Assembly (NCBI GenBank): GCA_038087875.1
Contig: CM075980.1
Coordinates: forward strand, 44,082,001-44,146,000
Source: Malacoraja senta
Taxonomy: Eukaryota
Reading direction: 5' to 3'
DNA: 64,000 nucleotides
The notes under the pieces were generated by a model that was not told the DNA's origin, made no database searches, and was given only the letters and a program-made list of their open reading frames with translations. Below are positions 25,260-38,239 of this stretch, one piece after another. The first letter of the stretch is position 1, and the number at the start of each line of letters is the position of its first letter. A program made the translations under genes and the position numbers.

Positions 25260-26270
25260 AACAACTCTCCTTTTGATGCGAAGACTCTGCCACCCAACAC
25301 ATCAATCTCCAACATTTGCATCACCTTCAACGTGATCCCACTACCAGTCACATCATCCCATTCCCACCCCTTTCTCTATTCTGTCGAGAGCACATCCTCT
25401 GCAACTCCTTGGTTCACTCAGTCCTTACCTCCCAAACCACTCCTCCCCAGGCACTGTTCCTGCTACCACAGGAGATGCCACACATGTCCATACCCTCCTC
25501 CCTCACCATTATCCAGGGACTCCAGCAGCCATTCCACACCTCCTCTAACCTCTTCTACTGCATCCAAGTGCTCCCAATGTGGCCTGAATGTGGCGTAGGT
25601 TCACAAGGTTAATTCCCGGGATGGCGGGACTGTCATATGCTGAGAGAATGGAGCGGCTGGGCTTGTATACGCTGGAATTTAGGATGAGAGGGGATCTTAT
25701 TGAAACGTATAAGTTTATTAAGGGCTTGGACACGCTAGAGGCAGGAAACATGTTCCCAATGTTGAGGGAGTCCAGAACCAGGGGCCACAGTTTAAGAATA
25801 AGGGGTAAACCATTTAGAACGGAGATGAGGAAACACTTTTTCACACAGAAAGTTGTGAGTCTATGGAATTCTCTGCCTCAGAGGGCGGTGGAGGCCAGTT
25901 CTCTGGATACTTTCTTGAAAGAGTTAGATAGGGTTCTTGAAGATAGCGGAGTTAGTGGATATGGGGAGAAGGCAAGAACGGGGTACTGATTGGGGATGAT
26001 CAGCCATGATCACATTGAATGGCGGTGCTGGCACGAAGGGCCGAATGGCCTACTCCTGCACCTATTGTCTATTGTTCGTTACCACGGTGAGACCAAGCCA
26101 TGACTTAGCAACCGTTTAGTCAAGTACTTGGACTGCCATGGCATGTTGGCTCTCCCAGTTGCTAACCATTTTAACTCCCCTCCCTGATGAATACCGACCT
26201 TTCTATCCCAAGCCTCGTCCATCACCACAGCACGGCTACAAGAAACTGGAGGAACAGCACCTTAAATTTC
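25260..26270 (+). mobile_element. Degenerate PLE GIY-YIG region interrupted by CR1
   Basis: SSNLFYCI...GETK...KLEEQHL remnants similar to 43333-43800. Confidence 0.6.
25585..26074 (+). mobile_element. CR1 3' fragment
   Basis: ORF 25588..25989 RRFTRLIPGMAGLSYAER...WNSLP. Confidence 0.9.
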
Positions 26271-26271
26271 A

Positions 26272-26920
26272 CAACAATAGCATCTATTTTAAGAGGGCTA
26301 GAATACAAAAACAGGGATGTAATGCTGAGGCTCTATAAGGCACTGGTCAGCCCGCATTTGGAGAATTGTTAGCAATTTTGGGCCCCATATCTGAGGAAGT
26401 GAAGTGCTGGCTCTGGAGAGGGTCCAGAGGAGGATTACAAGAATATGATCCCAGGAATGAGTGGGTTAACATATGATGAGGGTTTGAAGGCACTGGGCCT
26501 GTACTCACTGGAGTTTAGAAGAATGAGGGGGAAATTGAAATTTACCGTATAGGGAAAGTCTTGGATAGAGTGGATGTGGAGAGGATGTTTCCACTAGTTG
26601 GAGAGTCTAGGACTAGAGGTCACAGCCTCAGAATTAAAGGATGTTCCTTTGGGAAGGAGATGAGGAGAAATTTCTTTAGGTGCGTGGTGAAGCTATGGAA
26701 TTCTTTGCCACGGAAGTTTGTGGCTGCCAAGTCAATGGATATTTTTAAGGCAGAGATGGATAGATTCTTGATTAGTACGGGTGTCATGGGTTATGGGGAG
26801 AAGGCAGGAGAATGGGGGTTAGGTGGGAGAGATAGATCAGCCAAGATTGAATGGCGGAGTGGACTTGATGGGCCGAATGGCCTAATTCTCCTCCTATCAC
26901 TCATGAGCTTATGACCTTAT
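26272..26920 (+). mobile_element. CR1 3' fragment
   Basis: LYKALVSPHLE...; ORF 26561..26914; (ATGACCTT)-type tail. Confidence 0.85.
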
Positions 26921-27399
26921 CTGACACCCTTTAGTCTCATTTTCATCTCTGACCTTTTTCCACCCATATGTCAATTAACCTCTCTCCCCTCACCTGTATT
27001 CACCGATCATGTCCAAGCTTTGTCCCATCCCCACCCCCACCATTTTTACCAGCTTTCTCCCCCGCTACGATGTATGAAGAAGTGTCCCGATAGGAAACAT
27101 TGCCAATCCACAACCTCCACAAATGCTGCTGATCCACAGAGTTACTCCAGTACTTCTCAATGTTCTCTTCTCAGTGTAATATCTCAGAATCAATCCCATA
27201 GCATTATTTTTAAGAGGAGCATGGAATTTATCCAGGATTCCCTTGGCAATATTTAGCTCAGTTAATATCATTAAAAACATCAGGTCATTTGATATTTGTG
27301 CGTACTGAGGTTATCTGCAATGTTATTACAATGGTGGTCACACTTCATGAAGTTGTTCGCCGTCAGAAATGCACTTGAGGTCAAGAAGAATGCTACATA

Positions 27400-27770
27400 G
27401 AGGTGGTCTTGGAGGGGAGGATGCTCCTCAAACTATGGTGCACCCAGGACAATACAGCTCACCCCCTCCATGACACACTGGTCAACCTGAGGAGCACCTT
27501 CAGCAACAGACTGGTTCCACCAAGATGGAGGACAAAACGCCTCAGGAGATCCTTCTTCCCTGTGGCTATCAAACTGTACAACTCCTCCCCCTTCTGTCAT
27601 AGGGTAGACCGAGACTGATACTCCTCCCCCGCCCCCCACTCCCCAATCTTTGCACATCCCTGATCCTTTACACTGGTCACTTAAATTTCTTGTTTCATGT
27701 ATTTTGTGTTTTTGTGTTTTTATGATCAATTTCTCGCCTGGGATAAATAAAGTTCTATCGTATCGTATCA
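27400..27770 (+). mobile_element. Rex1-like LINE 3' fragment
   Basis: DNTAHPLHDTL...RRSFFPVAIKLYNS; (TATCG)n tail. Confidence 0.75.
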
Positions 27771-28221
27771 AATCATAAATGCAAGTTTCCACTTTGCTTT
27801 TGCTTCCAGGTTAGGCAATGACTCACAACGTTAGTCGGCCTAGTTATCTGTTCCTCTCTCTTCTGGGTGCCAGTCTGGAGGAGCCCATGAAAAGAGGAAG
27901 CATTTCCAACATTCCTCCTCGTCTTCCAAGGTCTCCAGACCTCCACTCACAGCCAAAGGTCTTGGCTTCTACTCTCTCATTATGCTTTCTCCTGTTCCTC
28001 AAGCCAGATTATATTGTGGAATGACCGATGCCATTTGCTCCATCCAGTACAAGCCTCTCCTTTAAGAGCCACTGGCTAGCTTTAACCAGTGCAGAATAAC
28101 TTTCACTTCTGATATTTCTTTTCCACTGATGTGCCTAGCTGATCAACAGCATGGAAATTACTAGAACTGCAGATTTCTAGTTTAAAAAAAAACCAAAACG
28201 TCACCGATGCATGTTCTCCGT

Positions 28222-28485
28222 GTGGCTGCCTTACAGCGGGTTTGATCCTGACTACTAGTGCTGTCTGTACGGTGTTTTTACATTCTCACTGTGACCACGT
28301 GGGTTTTCTCCGGGTGCTCCGGTTTCCTTCCACACTCCAAAGACGTATAGTTTTGTAGGTTAATTGGCTTCAGTAAAATTGTAAATTGTCCCTAGTGTGC
28401 AGGTTAGTGCTAGTTTGCAGGGTGATCGGTGGTCGGTTCGCCAAAGGGCCTGTTTCCGTGCTGTATTTCTAAAATAAAACTAAAG
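28222..28485 (+). mobile_element. HE1 SINE nested in a pLTR
   Basis: HE1 core and tail; pLTR halves on both sides. Confidence 0.75.
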
Positions 28486-28674
28486 TTGCTGCCTGACCCG
28501 TTGAGTTACTCCAGCACTTGGTGAATTTTTTTGGATAATACTAACTGTGCATCAAAAAGAATACATTTGCAATACGACCAATTGGAATTGGGTTAATCAT
28601 GCACGATGACTTCAAAAACAATTTTTGGGGTTTGTTAAGCTGAGTAACTGTTTTTCACATCCGATATTTCCTGT

Positions 28675-29400
28675 CAGTTGCTGCCTTACCCGGGTTCAGT
28701 CCCGGCTACCGGTGCTTGTCTGTACGCAGTTTGTACCTTCTCCCCGTGGCCTGAGTGGGTTTTCACCGGAGATCTTCGGTTCCTCCCACAATCCAAAGAC
28801 GTACAAGTTTGTAGGCTAATTGGCTTGGTATAAATGTAAATGTAGACTGGATAGACTCGGCTTGTACTCGCTAGAATTTAGAAGATTGAGGGGGGAATCT
28901 TATAGAAACTTACAAGATTCTTAAGGGGTTGGACAGGCTAGATGCAGGAAGATTGTTCCTGATGTTGGGGAAGTCCAGAACTAGGGGTCACAGTTTAAGG
29001 ATAAGGGGGAAGTCTTTTAGGTCCGAGATGAGAAAAACATTTTTCACACAGAGAGTGGTGAATCTGTGGAATTCTCTGCCACAGAAGGTAGTTGAGGCCA
29101 GTTCATTGGCTATATTTAAGAGGGAGTTAGATGTGGCCCTTGTGGCTAGAGGGATCAGGGGGTATGGAGAGAAGGCAGGTACAGGATACTGAGTTGGATA
29201 ATCAGCCATGATCATATTGAATGGCGGTGCAGGCTCGAAGGGCCGAGTGGCCTACTCCTGCACCTATTTTCTATGTTTCTATGTCTATGTTTCTAAATTA
29301 TCCCTAGTGTGTGTAGGATAGTGTAAGTGTGCAGGGATCGCTGGTCGGTGTGGACTCGGTGGGCCTGTTTCCATACTGTATCTCTAAACTAAACTAAATT
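28675..29400 (+). mobile_element. HE1 SINE interrupted by a CR1 3' fragment (~28843-29295)
   Basis: SINE resumes at aaattatccctagtgtg; CR1 ORF 28929..29192. Confidence 0.8.
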
Positions 29401-29755
29401 GCCATGAACATAGATCGCTTTTAAAGAAACATATCTGTGTGATTTAATTCTCCTACCTACAGTAATCTGATAAGCACATTTTGTGTAAGTGCAAGGTCAG
29501 GGCTTGAGTGCAAACTTGGGCCTTGAGACATTGGATAATGTTCTTCAAAGATAAAGTTAATATTTGAGACTAAATATATATTTTTTGTGGTATAACTACA
29601 CATAAGAATATATAGATAACATTGACTTGGCTCATTTAAAAAAAATAATGGCTTTATAGTATAATTATAGTATAGTCTATAGAAAAGTGTAGTTATTTCA
29701 TCGTTGGTGTCAGTGACAGCCTTCCATTAAATCTTAATCTTAATGTTTAAGATTT

Positions 29756-30262
29756 GGGCAGCACGGTGGCGCAGAGGTACAGTTGTTGCCTTACGGCGCC
29801 TTCAGGGCCAGATACACAAGTTCGATCCCGACTACGGGTGCAGTCTGTACGGAGTTTGTATGTTCTCCCCGTGATCGCGTGGGTTTTCTCCGAGATCTTC
29901 GGTTTCCTCCCACAATCCAAATACGTAACAGGTTTATAGGTTAAAACTGAATATGGACACAAAATGCTGGAGTAACTCAGCGGGACAGGCAGCATCTCTG
30001 GAGAGAAGGAATGGGTAACGTTTCGGGTCGAGACCCTTCTTCAGGTCTCCAGCTTTTGTGTCTGTCTTCGGTTTAAACCAGCATCTGCAGTTCCTTGTTA
30101 CACAGGGTTATAGGTAAATTGGCTTGGTATAAATGTAAATTGTCCCTTGCGTGTGTAACCTAGTGTTAATGTGTGGAGATTGCTGGTTGGTGCGGCCTCG
30201 GTGGGCTGAAGAGCCTGTTTCTGCGCTGTATCTCTAAACTAAGCCACACTAAACTAAACTAA
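29756..30262 (+). mobile_element. HE1 SINE interrupted by a PLE foldback (~29950-30104)
   Basis: Full HE1 head and tail; nested pLTR arms with an intact hammerhead core. Confidence 0.85.
30017..30044 (-). ncRNA. Minimal hammerhead ribozyme motif (PLE type)
   Basis: CUGAAGA-A-GGGU(CUCG)ACCC-GAAA-CG-UU; all core nucleotides present. Confidence 0.65.
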
Positions 30263-30494
30263 AAAGGAATTGATTGAAACAATGCAGTTTCCAAAAAACA
30301 ATTCTGAATCAATCATAAAATCAGGATGAATTGAAGCTGTTCCTCTTTCCTTTCTCCTAAAATCCTGTCTAATATGTATCCCCCTTTCAACAACATCACA
30401 GCTAATTCAACTGTAACTGTAGCTCTTCATTGATACCTACCTTCAGTAACTTTTCATTCCTTTGTGAATCAAGAATCTATCCATTTCTACTTTA

Positions 30495-31010
30495 AAAATA
30501 TTCCCAGTACAGTTCTGGTCGGCCTGCTAGAAGAAGGATGTCATCAAACTGGAAAGGATGCAAAAACATCTTACAAGTATAGAACCAGGTCTGGAGGGTT
30601 TGAGTTATAAGGAGAAGCTGGATATTTTTTTCCTGGAGTGTAGAAGGCTGAGTATATAGAATCATAAGGGGCATAGATAAGGTGAAACACCACGTTTCTC
30701 TTCCAGGGTAAGATAAGCTGAAACTTGAGGTCATAGGTTCATGGTCAGAGGGTAAAGGCATATGGGACCCGAGGGGCAACCTTTTCACACAGTAGTGGTG
30801 CGTACATGGAATAAGCTGTCAGAGCAAGTGGTAGAGGTTGCGACAATTCCGACCGTTAAAATACATTTTGGTCATTTGGTCATGGATAGGAAAGGTTTTG
30901 AGGAATATGGGCCAGGCACAGGCAAGTGGGGCTAGCTCAGTTAGGCAGCTTGATCAGCACAGAGGAACTGGGCCGAAGAGACTGTTTCCGTGTTATAGAG
31001 TTCCATGTCA
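30495..31010 (+). mobile_element. Old CR1 3' fragment
   Basis: Degenerate ORF2 C-terminus and 3' UTR. Confidence 0.65.
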
Positions 31011-31324
31011 CTACTTCTACCACCCGTGAGGAAGAAAACTTTGAAGACTAATGATCCCTTGATTAAAGAAACATTCTGATGACGACAAAGGTTTCTGATT
31101 GCATCTCTTTTCTGAGAAACAGTTTAGAGTGGAACTTCATTTATAAGGTCAATACCTCAAAAATAATTTACCTGAAAAAACATTTATTTTTTCCTCTAAT
31201 CATTGTCTCATGATAGAGAGATAACTTATGTTGAAATCCTCTTGATCACAAAAGCAGAATTAAAAAAAACCCTGCTGTTAAGCAGCTCCAAACAAAAACA
31301 AGATTGTATGATAGTGCAGTCGGA

Positions 31325-32915
31325 CAGTTTAGTTCAGTTTAGTTTATTGTCACTTTATTGTTTATTGTCACCTTATTGTAGAGTGAAAAGCTTTTGTTGC
31401 ATGCTAACCAGTCAGCAGAAAGACAATACACAATTACAATCGGGCCATTTACAGTGTATGATAAGGGAATAAAGTGTAATGCAAGGTAAAGCTAGTAAAG
31501 TCTGATCAAGGATAATCTGACGGTCACCAGAGGTAGATTGTAGTCAGGGCCGGCCTTAGGAGGTGCGGGGCCCAATTTGGAACAATATTGGTGAGCCCCA
31601 GGTTCCCAGCCAAGGTCTGTAGAATCATAGAAATAGAAATAAAGTATATTATAGACTTTATATCTCTATGGTAGAATGGAAAGTAATCCAAATGTGTGCT
31701 TAAAAAGTGCCTGTGAATTAATGGACCAAACCGATCTAAGCTACATTGTAATATAAAATTGCATACATGTAAGCCTACGTAACAATCAAAATGTGTAGAT
31801 CACCTCTGAAAAGTACATAGTTACAATACCACTTGTTTAGTGACTGTGAAATGAAGAAAAAAAGTAATTTAATTAACTAGATTCTGGGAAACCAATAACC
31901 ATTGGCGAAAAACCAGACCAGGCATTCAATTTTGGGCTTCAGCCCCATCCTACCCTTTCGGGCTTTGATTACTGCAGACCTTTTTGAGTGGAAGACTTGC
32001 TATAAAACTTCGGATTTTACAATTTAACTACTTGGTTTCCCTCCCAAGTTTACTCTCTCCAACTTTCCCCACGAGAGCTCGCTTAAACCAAATAAAGCCA
32101 TGTCTGTTTACACATGTGTCATTTATTTATTCATTTATTTAAAATAATACTCGTACTGTCTGTAAATATGACTGAATAAAGCAGAAAACATATAACACCT
32201 GCCTATCACTTCTTTGAAAAGCCGTAACTGAAGGAATGCTTGAGAAAATTAATTCATCTTCATTGTCACATAATGATATACGATCATCTTTTACCTGGTG
32301 TTTTATGAACATTTTGTACTGCTCTTTACAGTAAACTTCCAAAAATCAGTGACTTCATATTTCAGATATATGGCTTATACCTTGGTCACTAAAACTTACC
32401 TCATTTATGGATCTGTGACACAAAATTAATCAGCTAGTAGTAAGATCCAGTCAGCTGTGTTTACGCTCGATGGAAGGGAAACTCACACCATGAGATGGAA
32501 ACAAACGTAGATCTGACGACCTCTAGAAACTTTGGCCAGTTACCATGCCAAAGAAAACGTTTTTTAACAATGCGGAGTATACTTGAGGAAACTGAGATGA
32601 GCCGAGAGTAGATTAGCATGGGGCCCCCTTAGGAGCAATTGGTCCAATTGGCTTAAGGCCAGCCCTGATAGTAGTTCAGCACTGCTCTCTGGTTGTGGTA
32701 GGATGATTCAGTTGCCTGATAACAGCTGGGAAGAAACTGTACCTGAATATGGAGGTGTGCGTTTTCACACTTCTATACCTTTTGCCTGATGGGAGAGGGG
32801 AGAAGAGGGAGTGGCCAGGGTGTGACTGGTCCTTGATTATGCTGCTGGCCTTGGCCGAGGCAGCGTGAGGTATAAATGGAGTCAATGGAGGTTAGTTTGT
32901 GTGATGGTCTGGACA
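31325..32915 (-). mobile_element. Rex1/Babar 3' fragment interrupted by a hAT element
   Basis: ORF 32676..32885 SHPGHSLFSPLPSGKRYRS; tail at ~31325-31544. Confidence 0.75.
31545..32667. mobile_element. Non-autonomous hAT (Tip100-like) element
   Basis: TIRs CAGGGCCGGCCTTA / TAAGGCCAGCCCTG; 8-bp TSD ATTGTAGT/ATAGTAGT; subterminal CCAATT(T)GG and GGGCCCC motifs. Confidence 0.8.
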
Positions 32916-33518
32916 GTTGGACTACGAGTTGTCAATGATATCCATGAGGCGAGTTCTAAATCATAGTCATGACATTATGGAGAGTCAATGAGCAAAAGTT
33001 GAATCTCCCAGATACACAAGGTGAATTTACAATTGCAGGCAACTCTCGAGAACATCTTAATAGCACCAACACATGGCAGCAGGCGCTCACAAACTTAACT
33101 GCTATACCAAACGATACAGCGATACATTATAAGGAAGTCAAATCTGCTAAAAAGGAGGTAAACATATAATTTCAGTTACTGCAAATATAGCAATCAATGC
33201 CCACAGCAATATGTCAGATATGTAGACAAAGCCAGAAGCACAATGTCTGGTTGGTTCTGACGTTCTATCTTCAGGCCCATTTCTATCCCATGAAGCTGAA
33301 GAGGGAATCAATTAATTCTGAAATGTTATATCAGTGAATGAAGTGCAGATAACAATTCCAACCTGCACAACAACATAGTAACTCAAAACTGTGGACCTCC
33401 TTCATTCCTCCCTCAGTTTTATGCTTCTTGAAATCCAACAGCTTTCAAAATCAGGATCTTAATAGTGCGTCATCTCCACATTTATCCTATCATAGAGTTA
33501 AACAATACAGAAAAAGGC

Positions 33519-33775
33519 CCGAAGATAGATACAAAATGCTGGAGTAACTCAGCAGGACAGGCAGCATCTCTATAGGGTGAAGTTTCGGGTCGAGACCCTT
33601 CGTCAGAATGAGAGTCAGGGGAGAGGGAGTCTGGAGACATGAAAGGGTGAGGTGTGAAAAGGACAGATAAATGCACATGAAGATATGGCTTATCGTTAGC
33701 TGAGGAGAAGCTGGCAACGAGGCATCCAATCAGTAATGTTTAATCAGGAGGACAGTGAATACAGTTGGAGTACTG
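33519..33775 (-). mobile_element. PLE 3' UTR/pLTR with hammerhead core (33579-33606)
   Basis: CUGACGA-AGGGUCUCGACCC-GAAACUUC. Confidence 0.7.
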
Positions 33776-33819
33776 GGATGAACTAAATCGGCACCAGCAG
33801 GCCCTCGCTCTGACTCTCC

Positions 33820-35690
33820 CCCAAAAAATTGCTATCACAGAGAAAGTCCTTTGGCACATCTTGTCCAAGCTGACTGGGATGCCTATCTATGCTCAACCCA
33901 TTCTCCTGTGTTTGGCCTTATGCCTCTGTTTCTATTCTTTCCATTTATGTGTCCTACTACTTTTTAAACACTCTCATTCTCCCTGCTTCAACCACCTCTT
34001 CTGGCAACTTGTTCTATATATTTATTACCACTGTGTGGAAAAAAAACTTCTCCCTCAGTTCTCCTTTAAGTATTTTCCCTCTCTCCCTAAATCTGCGTCC
34101 TCTAGTTTCCGACTCTCCTATCCTGGGAAATGGACTCTGACTCTCTACCCTACCTTTTCCTCTCATCATTTTATAAACCGCTACAAGGTTACCCCTCAGC
34201 CCTCTGCCTTCCAGTGAGAACAATCCCATCCCATCCAAAGGTCATGACATAATGATCCCAGCCCTTGAATGCCTGAAGTAGGGTTTCAACCCGAAACGTC
34301 AACCATTCCTTCTCTCCAGAGATGCTGTCTGACCCACTGAGTTACTCCAGCTTTCTGTGTCTATCTTCAGTTTAATCCAGCATCTGCAGTTCCTTCCTAG
34401 ACCTAGCAGATAACAGTTGGTCTTGGCATCAGGTTCGGCACAGACATTGTGGGCCGACGAGCTGTTCTTGTGCTGTATTTTTCTATGTTCTATATCTTTC
34501 CGTTCCAACGCCGGAGTTTCGATCATCCCGGCGAGAGGGCCCGTACATCGGGCCGTCCGTAGCAGCGACTGCAGACGGTTCAAAGGCCCCGACCACGGGT
34601 GAACAAAGAGGACGATGATTGAACTTTATTGCCTTCCATCACAGTGGGAAACGCTGATTCCACTGTGGTGGATGTTTATGTTAAACTCTATCGTGTATTG
34701 TGTTCTTTTTATTCGTACGGCTGTATGGTAACCCAAATTTCACTGTACCAATTAGTGCATGTGACAATAAATGTGAACGAACTTGAACTCTTTTCTGCAT
34801 TCTTGGTAGTGCGACGTTTAATAGTGTGTTGACCAGAACTGCATACAATATTCCAAGTGTGGTCCTAGGAATGTCATGTTCAGCTGCAAAATGATACTCC
34901 AACTGTTTTACTTAATACTCCTGTCTATGATGACAAACAAGCTAAATGTCTTCTTCCCTAACTTATCCACCTGTGTTGCTATTTCATGGAGCTAAAAGAC
35001 TGCACACTAAGTCCCTCTATTTTCCAAATTTCCTAAGGTCCTTGCCATTTAATATACTTGTTTTAGATGACCCAACATGTATTACCTCACACTCGTCTGA
35101 ATTGAATTCCGTCTGCCACTATTCCAGGCAACTTTCCAGATCTATTCCAGGCAACTTTCCGGATCATCTACGCCCTTCTTTATCCTTCTGCAACTATCCT
35201 CATTATCTCCAGTTCCACCAACCTTCATGCTGTCAGCAAACATACTCATCATAACCACATTCTCATCCAAGTCATTTATATCTGATAAACAAAGGTCCCA
35301 ACATTGATCCTTGCAGTACACCATTGGTTACATCTCCAGTCAGCTAAACAACCCTCCACCACTAGTCTCTGCATCTTATCACCAATTTTGCCTGAAGAAG
35401 GGTCTCGACCAGAAATGTCACCCATTCCTTCTCTCCAGAGATGTTGCCTGTCCCGCTGAGTTACTCCAGCTTTTTGTGTCTATCTTCAGCATTTTGTGTC
35501 TATCTTCAGTATAAACCAGCATCTGCAGTTCCTTCCTATCAACTTAACATTCAGTTTGCCACATGCCCCATCTTTCTGGACCAGCCTACTATGCAGGACT
35601 TTGTCAAAGTCCACGCACTCCTCGTCTATTCCCTTGTCCTTATTAATTTTCTTATTAACCTCTAAAAATATTCAGATTTTTCACTCGTGT
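33820..35690 (-). mobile_element. Old fragmented CR1 with nested pLTRs and a GC-rich retroposon
   Basis: ORF 34014..34238 GLFSLEGRGLRGNL...ESETRG; INDLD...FAD remnant in ORF 35142..35324. Confidence 0.65.
34497..34790 (+). mobile_element. GC-rich non-autonomous retroposon (5'-truncated), Rex1-type tail
   Basis: Homologous to 51270-51515; tail aaatttcactgtac...gtgacaataaa. Confidence 0.7.
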
Positions 35691-35939
35691 TATTTTTGAA
35701 TTTGGGAATAAACCTGCACTTCAAAAATTGGCCATCAGTGGTGCATCTAGATTCAGTATAGACCATCTGTACTGGAGTTGTCTTTGACTATAATTACCAA
35801 TGCATGTACAGACAAGGAGGAAACATTGCGTCCAAGTAATGCAACATCCGATCACATGTGGCTCAGATGCTGCGTCATCATGACATAGATGATTCTTGAG
35901 CTCATGTCCTGCATGTGTGACTTGAACAGAAAACCCTAA

Positions 35940-36190
35940 GCTTAGTACTAACAGGATAGTACTAACAGCGTGGTACTAACAGCATAGTACTAATAGGATT
36001 AAACTAACAGCATAGTATTAACAGCTTAGTACTAGTAGCATAGTAATTGCATAGTACTAACAGCATAGTAGTAACAGCATGGTACTAACAGCATAGTACC
36101 AACAGCATAGTACTACCGGCATGGTACTAACAGCATAGTACCAACAGCATAGTGCTATCGGCATAGTACTAGCAGCATAGTATTAACAGC
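35940..36190. repeat. 14-bp minisatellite (CATAGTACTAACAG)n, ~18 copies
   Basis: Seen directly; the unit contains the palindrome TAGTACTA. Confidence 0.9.
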
Positions 36191-36229
36191 TACACTGATG
36201 GATGAGGAATTGAATGTGGTGGCCTCATT

Positions 36230-36543
36230 TGTTTTGGTTTAATTTAGAGATACAGCATGGATACGGCATGGACACTGCCCTTTGGCCCGCTGATTCCGAG
36301 CCAAGCAACGATCACCCGTACACTAGTTCCATCCTACACACTACGGACAATTTACAGAAGCCAATTAACCTACAAATCTGCATGTCTTTGAAATGTGGAA
36401 GGAAACCAGAGCACCCAGAGAAAACCCACGTGGTCGCAGGGAGAACATACAAACTCCATACAGACAGCACCCGAGGTCAGGATCGAACCGGAATCCCTGA
36501 CGCTGTAAGGCAGCAACTCTACCACTGCTCCACTGTGCCATCC
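36230..36543 (-). mobile_element. HE1 SINE
   Basis: Full head, core and tail on the minus strand. Confidence 0.85.
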
Positions 36544-37662
36544 CCAATGGATACATGAGATCGGAAGATTATTTTGAAAAGCACAGGAGAAGATTGGTGT
36601 CATGGTTTCATTCAACAATATTAGACAGATTATCTGGTCATTATCTCATTTCTAATTGTGTACATTCGCTTTATGTGATTTTTTAGCCACTTTTCCTACA
36701 TATCCAGTAATTCCAACCAAAAGGATTTCTTTGGCTGTAAAGTGTTTTGGGCCATTCTGAAATAGACATTGGAGAGGCTATATAAGTACAGGACTTTGCT
36801 GATGATTTCATCGAAACCTGAGGATTCTTGGTCACATATCATTGAAGCAAAGTAAACACATATGATCATCTAGTTTATCGTCATCTTGGCAACAAGGTGG
36901 AGTTGGTTTGTGATTGTCATTCGATAAAATATAAACTGTTTTCACCAAAACATTATGGAAATATCATTGGATTTTGCTTGTTGATGTTGCTAGTTCTTAC
37001 GCAACTTGGGAATTCACAGCAGGAAATTCACAGTTTTCATGGACCTGCCTCAGTAATTCTATGTGAAAATAAGTCATCTAGCATTCAAATGTCTCTAACT
37101 GTATCTTTAATCATGCATTCAATGCCAAAGCATTGGAATTGATCTTTAGTTTGTCTGGATAAAAATAATTGTTGAATTTCATGTTCCATATGGCTTCCAA
37201 GGTGGCACCCAACACAGGCGACTATTTGCGTGCTAGCCACAGAAGCAGATCTACAATCACACATTACAAACGGGAATATCATCCTTTGAAGTCCTGCTAC
37301 AGTGCAAAGATGTCACAATAGAATGATTCACAAGGAAGCAACGATGTGGTTAGAATCAGTTGTCTTTCCATTGTGATATACTTGCGTAACAAGGAACTTA
37401 CTAGTTCAGCCCAAATTAGCAACAGTTTTATGTGCAGCTGATATGTCTCATGACATCAAGGATTCTTAAAGAGTAAAGGAATATCAGCTGTGGATCGCTT
37501 GCTATTTCGATTCTTTATTCCATGGGGGTGGAACACATAAGTAAAAAGAAACATAACTAGTTGGAAAGGTATCTCAACCGAACCTGACAAACGAAACTTT
37601 GTTTGGAAGAATGGTTTGACTGAAAATACAGGGTTTCAATGACCAATTATTGATCTGACCCT

Positions 37663-37902
37663 GGGGGCATGAACATTGAGTTCTCCCAACTCTGCTAGCC
37701 CTTGCTGTCCCCTCCCCTTCATCAGCCCTCTGGTTGTCTCCTCCCATCCCCCAGCCCTCGGGCTCCTCCTCCGCCTTTTTTCCTTTCTTCTCCCCACCCC
37801 CTATCAGTCTGAAGAAGGGTTTCGGCCCGAAACGTTGCCTATTTCCTTCGCTCCATAGATGCTGCTGCATCCGCTGAGTTTCTCCAGCATTTTTGTGTAC
37901 CT
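37663..37902 (+). mobile_element. PLE 3' end (MNIE stop region, 3' UTR, pLTR)
   Basis: ggcatgaacattga...ttctc end of the PLE ORF, pyrimidine-rich UTR, pLTR. Confidence 0.8.
37809..37836 (+). ncRNA. Minimal hammerhead ribozyme motif (PLE type)
   Basis: CUGAAGA-A-GGGU(UUCG)GCCC-GAAA-CG-UU; intact core. Confidence 0.7.
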
Positions 37903-38239
37903 ATTGATCTGACATGTTATCTCAATTTCCCTCTCCGCAGATGTTGCCAAACCCACAGAGTATTTCCAAAATTATCTGTTTCTATTGAGATTTTTAGCAA
38001 CAGGAATATTTTACTTTTGAATGCATTTTACTTTGCTTGGAGTAAATTTATCCAATCATTTATTTTTTTAAATGAGCAATTTACAGTGCCTACCTGATGA
38101 TGATTAAATATTTAACATATCATTAAAATATATATACAGCAGTCATGAGTTTTCCGAACATCACCCACTAATTCAATTGTCCATATTTGATCGAAAATCT
38201 TCTGGAGTTTACAACTTAACTGGATTTTTGTTGCAGCCA

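Noticed and set aside
32139-32342. ORF inside the 31.5-kb hAT as an exon or transposase
   Set aside because: Short, with no transposase motif recognised
35940-36190. CRISPR-like array
   Set aside because: No unique spacers, and the context is vertebrate; it is a minisatellite
37220-37250. Terminal exon reading DLLLWLARK*
   Set aside because: Too short to distinguish from chance
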